Positions 35,301 to 48,073 of a stretch of DNA of 57,166 nt are shown piece after piece (position 1 is the stretch's first letter; each line of letters opens with the position of its first letter). Source of the DNA: Paraglomus brasilianum (taxonomy: Eukaryota); NCBI GenBank assembly GCA_910592345.1, contig CAJVPI010000088.1, forward strand, positions 1 through 57,166, read 5' to 3'. The position numbers were made by a program, and so were the translations under genes. The notes under the pieces were generated by a model that did not search any database, was not told where the DNA came from, and saw only the letters and a program-made list of their open reading frames with translations.

Positions 35301-38300
35301 TTGAGTGTATCATTGATCGTTAGTCGTTGCTTTTCAAATCGATTCAAAAGAGGAGGGTCTGCCTCGTATACTTTTTTTTCATCAAAGACAAGGACGCATC
35401 TGAAATTCGGGTGCACATAACACATTGGATTGGCATAAGCTCCCAAAGCTACTCTTGTATAGTATTTGGGATCTTCTTTGCTACCTTGTGTTATGTAATT
35501 CTGATTCCACAGGTCATACAAGCTACCTAAAAGATAAAAGTATGAAGCAAATTATGAAAATGTTTTTTTTAACACCAATTCTTATATTAAAAGAGTCGAA
35601 ACCAACCATATATAATATCCAGATCAGTCAAGATAAGGGGTTTTCCTGCTTCAACGCACATCTACAAGTGAATAATTTTTAGCAAGTTGTGACTAACAAA
35701 CACATCTCCATGATTAGTTCAGAGACTTACCATGACTCTACTTAATACGCCGTAAGAATAATCTCCCGCTGCATCGTCTGGAAACTGCGATCCGCAAAGG
35801 ACCATTGGATCCATACCAAGCGACCTCAAGTGATAAGTAAGGATGTTAACTATTGAATCGCTTTTCCCGATTATCATTAAATGCCTGGCATCTATCTCGT
35901 GAAGGTTTTCGTCAATTAGGTTTTCAACTGGAATTGGATCATAGCTATAGTTGAGACTACCGGACTCCTTTAATACATTCCCAAAGTATTGTTCGCATAT
36001 TACTGTCATTTGGTCAGTGCCCCCGAAATTTCGTGCAAGCGCCAATTGTATTGAATCCGCTAAGAAATTAACAAACCGCGTTTAAATCACTGACGCTATT
36101 AATATCGTCAAATGCACATATCACAACTTGACTCACTGGTAAGTTTCCCTCTGCTCAAACTTTTGACTAAAGCATAATAATCACGAAGACCTGTTGAAAA
36201 GTACAAAGATATAATGTCAAAACATGGATTCACAAAAAAGTGCTATCTTATAAGACACGTATATACCATGGAAGTTGGGATATTTCTGCTTTTTTTGGTA
36301 ATTTGTGTATGCACTGGCAAGATATTGTATATTGCGCTTGTTCATATCAATTGATGGTCCGCGTTCGCCCTTCAACAAAAGAGAAAGGGCTGTCTGCACA
36401 AGGTCACTTTCACTCAATTGAGGTCTCTGAACCAGCAATGCCCTACTCGATTTACTGTTGTCCAATCTCCAGTTACTTATTCCGATTACCGACACCTCTG
36501 GTCCATCCTTAGGATAACTAGGTTCGAGTAGTGCATGCAGAACTTTCAAGGGATTAAATGGGCTTGTTTCTGCTAGACCAACTTCATCCAAAAGAACAAC
36601 TGCCTGTAAATTAAAGTTTTCGGATTTGGTCTTCTGTAGATTTTCTGCCTTCTGGAAAACTTTCAGAATACCATCAGATGTAGATGAAGATGATCCTTGA
36701 TGTGGGATTATAACAACCTTAAATTAAAGCAAAGTCGATGTTAGACGAAAATTCTAAACAAAAACATTATTGCTCGATATAATTACCTGTGGTAGTCTTC
36801 TAAAGTACTCATCATCAGAGTCTGTCCCCCGAAGATTAGAACTGACGAGTCTTATCGCCAAAGATTTGGAACTAGTAATCAACAATATAAGTACATCAGT
36901 ACCGGCCAAAAGATTGCGTATTTCATAACAGGTAATCACCTTCCGGGTGCTCCAATAATAAAAACTGGAATTCTCGTCATAATGCAAACTATCATTACGA
37001 GCACATTTTCTAACAGTGCTTCGTTACGAGCAGTAGCGGGTGGACAGGCCATTCTGCGTATCCAATCATTCTGCTCCGCCTGAAGGAATCGCTTAAAGTC
37101 GTCAGCGGTCAGACGAACTTTGTGCTTGTCGAAAATACGAGCCATCTGTCTGCGATACTCTTCCCTCTCATCCTGATCGTAAAGCCGAGCTTGATAACAA
37201 AGTCCCAATGATAAAACAATACAACGCTCGAAAAATTGTTTGTCTTTTGGCGGATAGTTGTAATAATAATCCTCGTCATAGTAAAACCCGGTTTTCTTCT
37301 TTTTCTCTTTCAAACTAAGCCTCTCTTGGAGACTTTTGTGGAACCATAAAATTAATTTGATGGCTCTTCTAACGTCTCGTAAGCTTACGCTTTGCGGTCC
37401 TTCGATCTTGCGTATGTACATTTGCGATTCAAAAAGCAAATCGCTTATGACGCCGACCTTACTTATTTGGCTCTCGACCATAATTTTAATATACACCTAA
37501 GTGATAGAACGCAACTATTAGTTAGTAGCTCTATTATGACATCAAGATACACTTTTATAATCACCTGTTCATCTTCGGGCTTGAGCACACCAAAATCCCA
37601 GACATAGTCAAGAATTTGATCAGGAAGAGGATGTACTTGATAGACGAGTTGACTTTGCTCCTGGTAGACTCGTCTTTTCGCTAACCCTGCTACATTATCA
37701 TTACCTACACGCAGTCGATAAGGATTACAAGCGGCAAACAGACGAATGTTCGAATGTATTGGCTTTCCTAACAGCGTTCTGTGAGCTATGAGATCCGCCA
37801 AAAGACCAATGTGATTGCAAGTGTTAATTTCATCAAAGAATAACCACGCTTCTCCTTTTTCGGCAAGTTTATTCCCTGTGTTCATGAACGCAAGAATCTG
37901 GTCCTCAACAATACCAGCATGCAGCGAGAGGTTATTGAATTTGACTCCAACAACCTCGGCCAAATAGCCGATCAAACTTGTCTACCAAAAGCAAGACATC
38001 GATTAGTTGGTATATAAGCATTGATCTCAAACTAGTGAAAGAAATCTTACCTTGCCACATCCAGCCTCTCCACACACTACAACCGGGATGCTCGCACGTG
38101 CTCGCAATAATATTAGTGCCATTTTTATAAGATTATCGGCCGATAAAGCATAAGGAGGGAATTTTTGTCGTTCCATCGACGTACGGGCGATACATTCCAG
38201 GCGTTCTTGCAGAATTTGAGTTGTCATCTCGTGATAATTTTCTAGTTTAAATGTTTCTAAACGTGCGCGATCTGATGCTTTCTGGCTCCATAAAAGACGT

Positions 38301-41300
38301 CTGACATTGTCTGGCGCTTTAGCTCTATCACGGTAAAGCGCGCAAATAGAATCTGGTGTTTGTGATAAGAAAAACACTAACAAATGGTTTGAGTCGTCCC
38401 ATTTGACTATCGTGGCTAATCGAGCATTGTCGGCGTCTGTGGCAGTCGATGCTAGCTGTGCGGCTTTGCTTTCAACCGAGCGTGTCGCAAAATCTTTTGA
38501 CACACGTAGTAGAGTCTCCAGTAGCGTTGATCGTACATCGGAATTTCGCATCATCAACTTGAGGTTTTCAACACGGAAGAAAGAGCTTGAGGATAAGCGA
38601 ACTAATTGATCAGCAAGAACTCTAACGAAAATCTCCACAAAACGATAAGAAGCAATTGTCTCTTGATTTTTTTCAAAGAAGTACTGTTGTATGATTTCCC
38701 GACAATGTGCTTGTGGTAATGGCTTGGCTACGGTTTCATCGAAAAAGATATCATCATCGTCAATTGCCTTTTTCGTGTATACATCCAAATAGCGACAAAC
38801 AATTTGAATTGGACTATGAATTTCGCTTGAGACAATAAAATTATTAATGTTCCATGTAAGATGCTTTCGGGGTAAACATTTAACGATTGGCAATGACTCG
38901 AGCAAATATTGATCCACGGTCGACGCAATCTCAATCAGGATAGCTTGCTTTGGAAGAGTAGCAATATGTACTTTGTTAGATACCATCCCAAGTGTAAGAA
39001 ATTCAAAAATAAACATGTTGACTTCTGCGGCATTGTCGACAGAAACAATGTTCAAGTGCAAACTCTCTAAACGTTTGGGTTTGCATTCATGTAACTGACG
39101 CACAAGTCGATCGTAACGCATGCCATCACTTATCAGCACGCTTTTTGGAATTGACTTTGCCTTCATACAAGTTTGTTTGACGTACTCCGTTTTACCCTGA
39201 CCAGATAGATCTGAAGATACGCATGCCACATTCGGACAGAGCTCTTTGTACATATTTTTCATGGAAGCTGCCTCGAGGCCAACGGTATTGTATACATGGT
39301 TTGAAAATTGGTCAAGAATGTGGTGATGGATACCATGCTCTCTGCAACATATTAATGCTAGTTTATAATTCTTCTCTTGTTCAAGCATCGTTCTTATGTC
39401 CTTAACGAGATTGTATTGTAGCTCAAATTCAAGAAATTCCAAGTTAGCAATGCAGTACAAACAATCTTCGTAACCGTTTGCCGCCGCAAAAAAACATCTT
39501 TTGATAAATAACGTAAGTTCTTCAGCCGTTGTCGTTGTTCTGCATATAAATACCTGCCACGGTTCAGGATATGAGCCATGGTTAGCGTACAACGACATAA
39601 TAATGTTTGGAACCCGAAACTTGTCATTACATGCTGCTACAAACAGCTCTCCAGTTCGTACAATGTCGGAAACGACTGGTTCCACTATATCAGGCTTAAT
39701 CTTTCTGTCAGAAACATCCTCATTATAAAAGATTTCGGAAAGTCTTTCTCCAATACTACATAGTACTTCCTTGTAGTTTTCATTGTGTGAATCCACCTTC
39801 AAAATCCCACCAGGTAATGGCAGTTGAGCATCAGGATTCACAAAATGTAGCAGCGTCTCGCAAATTTGTCTGAGATCGTTTGCTGGCGCATCTTGAGTGA
39901 AATAATCATAGAACTTCAAGATATGTCTTCCGGGATAAAAAGTCAGGTAATAGTACTCCTCTTGCACATCTCTTACAATCTCCTCCCTGTAGAAATAATT
40001 AAGTTATACATACGTAAAAACTATAATAACGGGCATTGCATCACGGGAATTTATACTTGCCACTTCTCCAAATCTTCTTTTAATTGATCAAGTAGTCTTT
40101 CCATCTCTGTAGTGTTACGCGTCAAAGCCCGAAACTTTCGATAAAAGAAATGTCCCAATTCCATTAACTTTGTTGCAAAGTTAATAATCTGATGCACCGA
40201 ATCTACTTGTTTAACAAACATCATCATCACAACGTCTGCTCGATCCTCTTCGTACTTGGGACGATCTTGAATAGTTTCCTTCTTCATAACGAAAGTTGCC
40301 ATTTCCTGCTTGGCGATGAGTAAAGCCCGACCTCGCAAATCTTGTAACTCAGTCAAGTCGTATTTGTTATTACCCTTCTCTGTTTCGTACGACATCTCAA
40401 CGGAGCACCGATCTTCATACTCATCGCGTTTAAATGTGTAAACTCCCCTTGTTGCAGCATTTTTAATACGCTCTTTCGTAACTTCGCCTCTATTAGTAAT
40501 ATTTTCATACATATTCATTAGTGCAGAACGATGACCATTACAGAGAGAAATTCTCTCCGCGAGTAGTTTATTCTTATCAGCCAATTCGCGAAGCTTCTTT
40601 AAAAATCCTGGAACTTGCAATTGCACTTCAACTGATTTGAGTGGAGCCAAAAACTGTTTGACTTCCATAAGAGAAGAAACTGTGTCTTCCTGGATTAAGC
40701 GTTCGTCAGAGTGGTCATCAACTCCGTTAATTACGTTCTTCAAATCATCCGATCCAATTTTGTCAAGCCAAGCCAATAAATCGCGAGCGGCGGCTATCTC
40801 TTTGATTATTTTCCAGCAATCATGATTTAGATCTTTGATAGCCTTTTCTAGTTTTACGATCAGTTTCTTTAAATCTTTTAACGGCATTGTTTCCTTTTCT
40901 AGGCCGGCAAGCATCGTTGAAAATGTTTCTTCTTCGCCATCCACGACTGCGAAAATCTTCAATACATCTATCAGGTATCGTAATCGCTCTTTCCACTCGG
41001 GTATTTCAGATAGTACTTTAATCGATCTCATCAAATCTTGTGAAGGCTTCCATTTCATGCCTTTTGACATTAATTCAAGTTCTTGTCTGACATCATTCGC
41101 GTTTGCCCATAATGGACTTGCTTGAGCGCACGTTAGCTTTTCCCAATCTTTATAAGCAGCTCTTTTTTCATCATACTTGTTGAATGCTGCCGTGGTAACT
41201 TTCTGAGCGACCACTTCTACTGTCAAAGGTTCTGATTCTTCCTCTTCTTTCAAACATTCCTCAAAGACATTGGCAAAGGTTCTCGAATTACGATACGGAT

Positions 41301-41922
41301 ATATGCGTTCCGCAACGTCACTTATTGATTGATGAATTGCCCAATACTCCTCTAATAAAATATCTTTGTACTGAACCTTATCAAGCGAATCCCTTCTTTT
41401 AGCAATATCATTGAGGTAAGCTTCAACATTGGTCACTTTGGCATCTTTCTGACAAAATTGTTCGTAAAATGTACTGAGTTGACTTAAAGTCTTTTGGTAG
41501 CCAGAGAATACTTCCCGAAATTCCCGAATAGTACGCGGTTCAATGGAAAAGGACTGTTTACTGTCATCGAAATTGTCGAGAATGCCAAAATATTCGCAGA
41601 GGTCTTGGTCCGGATAATGAAGAAGTTTTTGAAGCATGCTTATTGTAACGCGTTGACTTTCAAGCTTCTCGGCCAAGCCTTCAATAGCTCTTCGAACTCT
41701 CTCACAGTAGAGATGTTGTTGTTTAATACGGTCTACACAACCCTTGGCAGTCAACACGCTCACCCAAAATTTCCAAGAACCTAACAAGGTCTGGTGAAAT
41801 TTGTCGCTAATTTCGTCGGCTTCTTGATGAGGAGCGCTTTCTTGCAACTTGGTCAAAATATGGAATAGAATATCTTCACAGAAACTATAATGTAAAAAGG
41901 ATCGAACCACTGAAGTTTAACA

Positions 41923-41957
<35 letters not shown>

Positions 41958-44900
41958 GAAAGTTTTCATTGTCACTCACCCATTAGGAACTCGAATTTGT
42001 TTGCCTTCACAATCGCAAATCAGTTTAATTTTCTTCAGTAAACGGTCATCGGCCTTCCAAGAAGATTGCCCAAGCTTTCTTTGTACAATTGTGCCAAAAG
42101 ATTTCAAGATCTCCTTCACTGATAATTCTCCTATATCTTTGGCTGCTGCATAAATTTGAGCTTCCTCGAATGGATTGATCTCTTCTTCAGCAATATTTAA
42201 TAGTTCATTTTTAATCGTCCGTCGATCCTCGAGGATTGGATAAATGGTAAAAAGTCGTTGATAGACCGTATATACATAATTATATCCATGAGCGCGAGAG
42301 CGTTTACGCGATTCCTTTATTTGATTCACTATGCGCCTGAACCATTGTGCGCAATAATCACCGAGTTTCGTATTCATTTTTGAATCGAAATGGGTTTTGT
42401 CCAGAACTATCTGAAGCAGTTCCACAAATACATCCAATAATTCCATGTTTTGTGAGGTTGATACCGAACTCAATACCTTCATTCTGTCTTCTGACGTCCA
42501 TGGCAGTCTATTGTCTTCGAACAACGCAACAAATCCCTTAATATTGTCTCCATCCCATTTCGATCTTGATCCATTGAGTAAATTTATAACCCTCTTAATG
42601 AACAATGACGTAAATTCGATATCTAGATCGGTTGGTATTTCGTCCAAATGCACAAGTAATCTTGTTGGATTATCCTTGCTAATTATCTCGTCCAGTCGTC
42701 TCATCATCCAATTCTGTCTTAATTCAGCCTTCATTTCTGGTCTAATCATCTCCCTCCACAGAAAAACTAGAACTTGAATATTGGCGGATATTTCAATAAA
42801 AAACTAACAGTATATATTACATTAGTATCACACTCGAGGCTTTATGCAGCGGGAAATTAGATTATACTTACTCTACATAATCGAATGTATTGGAAATCCT
42901 CCTTTTCTATATTAGATTTCTGCTCGAGAAGAAATTTGCAGAAACGATCCGATTCATCAGGGTTCAATTCGCGTCTTCTAACTGACTCCAAGAACGAATA
43001 TTTCGGATCGATAAAAGCCGCTACTTCGAACATTTTCATCCACTCGAAAGCACCTGATGTTTGCCAATTATGCTGGACTAACATGCGAACAGCGTAGGGT
43101 AGCAAGTCTATAACTTCGCTAATCAGTGTGTCACCGCTGCCTATACAACTAAGAGAATTCAACAGGCCGGCCGATGGAAATTTATCCTCCAGCCTAACCT
43201 CGTGATTATGATAGGACATTTTCGCAATAATGCCGAGCAGTATACACAAGAAAATACGTTGTGCATCCTGGTTGGCCACGTAAAAGCTGTTGCTGATAAA
43301 TTCTATGTTCACAGTTTTCAAACATAATTCTCTGTGTTGCTTGAATACCCGCTGATAGTCTATAAGCTTGGTCTTGAAATTAGCTTCGGTGATCGTTTCG
43401 AATATTTGCGTAGGGAAGTAAAAAGGCTTAAGATCACGTTCATAAAGGGGGTATTTAGGATTCCGCTTCCAGACGTCGTATTGGTTCTCTTCAGGAAAAA
43501 GTTCGCGATTATCTCCGTCGTCATTGCCTTCATAGTAAAAAGCATTATTATTCCAGAATCTAAATCCCCCGCTTTTGGAAACTATGACGTATTTATACCA
43601 AATGACACGTTGAAAGCGAGGCGTCGGAATTCTCACTGGGTCCGAATACCAATAATTCGAATCTTTATATCTCCTAAGGCAGATTTTTAATTCCTCCCAT
43701 TTGCCCAATTCTTCGATATTACCGACAACACAGACTTCAGCGTCCTTCACCTTAGGCATATGAACGTGAAACTTTGTGACCACTTCGTCAGAATTCTGAT
43801 ATTGAGGCGGGATCGGTCGAAGCAGTTTCTTGTTCTCTTTCTTTCCGTAAACATCACTCGTCGTTCCTGTTTTGGTGGGCTTCCTATTGTCAGATGCTAC
43901 CGTTGCGTAAGATCGAGTAGGTTGAGAACCTCCCATTGAATTAAAATCGGAGTCTGTTCCGCGATCTTTGCCTTTATTATCATCCTTAATATTACGTTCC
44001 TTACGCACGTCGCTGTGAGCCTCTGACTCATCACCTTCGTCATTTTCTATCATGCCAACAATATTAGGCACATTTTTCGAAGTACCCGTGGAAACTTTCC
44101 GAATAACCCTTGGCTTATTCGTCCTTTTTTCGTTATTCACCTTATCGCCATAAGAATCTTTTTGATCATCTTTTGAGGTACCCATGGAAAAACTCCGTGT
44201 ATGGCTCGCCTTATTTCTCCGTTTTTCGTCACTCTCACGTAACGCTACATTGCTTTCTGTGTGTAGATCATCGCCATAAGAATCTCTTTGACTATCACGC
44301 CTTGCACCTTTCTGTTCAGACGCCTTCCACGCTCCCCATGCAATTTCTTTCGCCTGTTCATTCCCTCCCCGTACAATTTCCTCTATCACCCGTTCATTCG
44401 CTCCTCGTGTAATTTGCTCCATCTCCCGTTTAGCCGTCTCCTGGTTAGTATTCTCTACAGATCTTTGTTCACTTCCGTCCGTTTCATTCTCGTCAGAAGT
44501 TTCCTTCGATGCTTGTTCATTTTGTCCCATATCCTCTTCGTCAGAATTCGTCACCACTCCGCGTTCAATTGGTTTACTTCCCTTTTGGTCAAATTCCTCC
44601 GCTGCTTCTCGTTCAATTAACCCCTTTTCCTCGTCTTCTTCAGTTAGCTGGGATTTATCGAATATCATTTTATGCGAATTTAGTTCATGTTGTGTATTCA
44701 AACCACTAGGGACAGACAAGTCATTATTTGCGTCGGCTGCCTTGCTGTGCAACGTAGATTCATTAGAATCGGACGGCTTATACTTAAAGATGAAGGGTGT
44801 ATCCGTTTCTTGTGAACCAGAAGAGGACTGGTCTGCTTCTTTTCCAGTCAAATCCACTGAAGAACGTTCTGACGATTTTGCCGTTTCTTGCTGATGGTCA

Positions 44901-45586
44901 CTGTCCCCAGCTTCACCATGATATATTGCTAAACGTGGCGAAGGAGGATCTTTTGGCGATTGTGGCGTGTCATCTTTATGAAATTCTGCTGAACTTGGTG
45001 AAGGAAGGTCTTTTGGAGATTGTTGTGTGTCATCTTCATGAAATTCTGCTGAACGTGCTGAAGGAAGGTCTTCTGGAGATTGTTGTGTGTCATCTTCGGC
45101 GTCTGCCAGGGCTTGTGAGAGAAAATCACTCATAGATTTTCTAATGTCGGCCAATCTTTGGTCACGTTCCATGTCTGACGCCTTATTGCCACCAATTCTA
45201 ATATTATTGTCGACTGCGGCCAATCCACGAGATTCAGAATCGTCAGATAGGTGCACAAAAGAGTCGTCCTTTTTGTCTGTAGACGAAGAGTCACCTTCGC
45301 TGCTGGAACTGTCAGAGGCACTGCTCACGTTTGCATATTCTACAATTACTGCGTCTTCTGATTTGGTTTGTTCAAGTTTTTGTTTTTCTTTGTCTTGTGA
45401 CTCGTCTGAATGTGTTAATTGACTATCCGATTTAGTGGCTTCAATTATATCCGAGTTATTATCCTGTGTGTCGTTATGAGGCGGCGCAACGAGGACATAG
45501 GACTCGTTCCGTGGTGTGGTATCATTAGAACTGGGCGCTTCCGGAGAAGACGCTTCGATATCTAGTGAGTCGTCACTCGAAGACAT
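29358..45586 (-). CDS. RNF213: Giant RNF213/mysterin-like AAA+ ATPase / RZ-finger E3 ligase, paralogue B (~5062 aa). Exons 5'->3': 45586-42872, 42803-41980, 41884-40061, 39986-38051, 37981-37565, 37496-36940, 36871-36787, 36717-36267, 36190-36137, 36059-35731, 35661-35607, 35526-34362, 34280-31863, 31791-29547, 29471-29358
   Basis: Exon sum 15189 nt is open. Same motifs as gene A (SDLSGQGKT, GEAGCGKTS, FFDEINT, GAPGSSKS, LLDEVGLAE, GLRDYY, SLYDLWNQNY). All 14 introns match gene A in position and phase; one uses a GC donor (40060). Confidence 0.9.
31686..31790 (-). other. RZ-type zinc finger (variant) of gene B
   Basis: YQCKCGYKYFVADCGNVVMALQCPECASVLGGHQY after splicing. Confidence 0.8.
41924..41954 (+). 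repeat. Poly(A) tract, 31 nt (poly-U in intron 2 of the gene B transcript)
   Basis: Seen directly within intron 41885-41979. Confidence 0.95.
43469..43780 (-). other. CBM20-like carbohydrate-binding domain of gene B
   Basis: VTKFHVHMP..AEVCVVGNIEELGKW...YWYSDPVRIP....IWYKYV...DNR...NQYDVW. Confidence 0.8.
44918..45097 (-). repeat. 3 x 60-bp coding tandem repeat (EDDTQQSPEDLPSARSAEFH-like) in the gene B N-arm
   Basis: Exact 60-bp periodicity seen in DNA and translation. Confidence 0.92.
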
Positions 45587-46076
45587 TTCTTTTTTTTTAG
45601 TCTGTTTTTTGACAATAAAGTATCAAACCCCAAGAGCCTATTCTCAAAAGAACACGGCCAGAGAATAAGAAAATCGTCAAAATAACAAAGAGTGGAGCTT
45701 TATACGCCTAAACCGGACTTGTAACTCCAATATTCCGACAAACGTAATCGATGATTTTGGGGAGGGAGCGTGTGATCCTTACCCGAGCCGAGTGAACCCC
45801 AAATCTGCAATAGTTGGCCAATTGGAATGAGGGATTCTTATAGGTACCCTTATCGGAGTTACACGGAACTATTCCCGATATAGTGAACAGTGAATATTTA
45901 CTTTATGAAGGCAGAATGATAGTAGGGCGACGTTTGTTCAACAAACCGTCACATGTGACCGGGCAGACGGTGTGAACATTTTAACAGATGTGGATGAGGC
46001 TTGGCCAAATGGACAGGTTTGGTCCAATTATAAGATAACGTCCCTACCGCTCCCCCACCCCTGCCAATATCTCGAA
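45587..46076. promoter_or_regulatory. Putative bidirectional promoter shared by RNF213-like gene B and the RING-Ubl-TerD gene
   Basis: 490 bp between two divergent ATGs (45586 on -, 46077 on +). No specific sites demonstrated. Confidence 0.5.
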
Positions 46077-47393
46077 ATGAAATGCTCGCAGTGTAAGATT
46101 GATAAGTTGTCAAATGAATTTCCGTCGTCTCCTGTGACTGAGCGTTGTATCCATGTATCTTCGCATTGTTTGCGGGTAATCTACAAACATTATATCTAGT
46201 CAAGAATGTGTTTTGTTAATCAACATTGTAACTTGCATGCTTTGTTTGTGTTCAGTGTCTGGTCCAATCACTAAACAAACAGAACGAAGACGAGTATCAT
46301 TGTCCGGGATGTAAAGCGGCACTTAACAATGAAGAAGTCGTAAGATGGAGGCAACGTTTGGATAAGGCTTCGTTTAAGTTGAATGTCGATAAACTTGGTC
46401 GTCGCCACCTTGCAAACATAGAAAATGTCGACAATAATGAGGAGATTGTTCAACAAGGGAATATATATGTGGTCTTACTAAACGGAGAGAAGATTGTAGT
46501 CGATTACGAGAAAGTGCGCACTGTAGTGGCATTACGGCAAGAAATTCGTACCAAGAAGAAAATAGAAGTCACCAAGCAAAAATTGGTGTACAATGGTGTT
46601 GAGCTCAAGGTTGGTAAGGAATGGTACTGTCAGAGTATTTATTGTTCGAGTATTTTCTAGTCTTATCATCATTCTTCTACGGTTACAGGATCATGCGGAC
46701 GACAACGGAGATAAAAACCTTGTCGAATATGGCATTAGAGCCAATAGTCACATACAATTGATGGTTATTCTTTACGAAATTACGGAAAAAGAAACTATTA
46801 AGGACCTTGTATTTGATTTAGACTGGGGATTCCCCAACGACCAAACAGTCGACTATCTCGATGGAACTTGTTTCTTGTATACGGGTAACAAATACTGGCG
46901 CAAATACGATTATCAATCTCAGTATTACCCATCTACGCAAAATACGAGACATTCCGGTGACGTACTTAACCGTACGACCAGAAGAGGTGACTTTGTATAT
47001 AAACTCTCTCTTTTATGTTTTGTGGATATACGTGACTAGCAACTTATATCGGACATCTTAATACACATAGGCCACCATAAGATAACATCTAAACTGGACG
47101 AACTACCCGAAAACGTGACGCATTTGTATTTTATCCTTAGCGCATGGAACTCACCATCCATTGGATGCTACAAGACTCCAACGTTCAGTCTATTAGATAG
47201 TGAACATCCCGATAAGAACTTGTGCAGATATGAACTCGAAAATGTCGCACATTCAAAGGCTGTCATCATGTGTAGTGTTGCGCGTGCCGGGACTAAATGG
47301 AATGTCTACATAGTTGGCACGGAGTCCGCAGGTAATGCGAAAGATTACAGGCCAATTGAGCAGAAAATTCAGACCATGGATGGGTTGTTTTAG
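46077..47393 (+). CDS. RING-HC + ubiquitin-like + TerD-domain protein (~357 aa); exons 46077-46175, 46256-46609, 46689-46986, 47071-47393
   Basis: RING: CSQC-x17-C-I-H-x4-CLR|C-x14-CPGC. Ubl: GNIYVVLLNGEKI...QKLVYNGVELKD...NLVEYGIRANSHIQLMV. TerD: LDWG...DYLDGTCFLY...RHSGDV...HKITSKLDELPENV..LYF...LCRYEL...AVIMCSVAR...W. Exon sum 1074 nt is open. Confidence 0.85.
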
Positions 47394-47847
47394 AAATGTG
47401 TTTCGGCTGCGGCTTGGCATTTATTTGTGTCGAGAAACATGTCATACTTCCTATTCGAATATAGCTTAACATACGCTTTTGAAATTGAGCAAAAGAGAAC
47501 TATATAAATCGCATTGGTAACGGTCGATGTTTGTAATATAAGAAGGGGCACGTTTGTCTAACTAAGCATCCGCAGTGCATGACCATCGTCTGTTCGATAG
47601 TTCTATTTGCTCGTTGTTAGTCTTAGTCTCTTATTATTAGTTTAAATTACGGTTTTATTATTGAGGAGAATATTTATTATTTGAACCATAAATAAAGGAC
47701 GAATTCATCTTCAAATGGCCGCAGAAAAGATTAAAGATTCCAATCTCCTTCTCGCAGTTTAATTAAAGCGAAGAAATAATAGTACTGATACTGGACACTC
47801 GCTTTTATGCACATCATGTTTATTGTCAAGAGGATTGTAAAGCCTAA

Positions 47848-48073
47848 TTGCGGGCCAAGGTTACTGAAATTAATAACGAATTCTCCAACACTCTGAAAAT
47901 TCTACCAGCGTTGAATAACCTATATTTGCAAACAGTAGCGTTGTCTTCTAGTACGTTCTCCAACTTATCCAAATTAATTCCTACACTTAATTGTATTCCG
48001 GCAACTTTTTGTCTCAAAAACATGAGAGACCCGGACTTGCAAGTTTGAAGAAGTTGTTATTAGATAACTACAA
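47848..48073 (+). pseudogene. Possible LRR (F-box/LRR-like) gene relic
   Basis: LKILPALNNLYLQ and, in another frame, LASLKKLLLDNYN followed by a GTAAGC donor (LxxLxxLxL pattern). Frameshifted, no full gene. Confidence 0.25.

Noticed and set aside
45948..45959. Perfect palindrome GTCACATGTGAC (E-box-like) in the bidirectional promoter
   Set aside because: 12-bp palindromes are expected multiple times by chance in 57 kb; no independent support.
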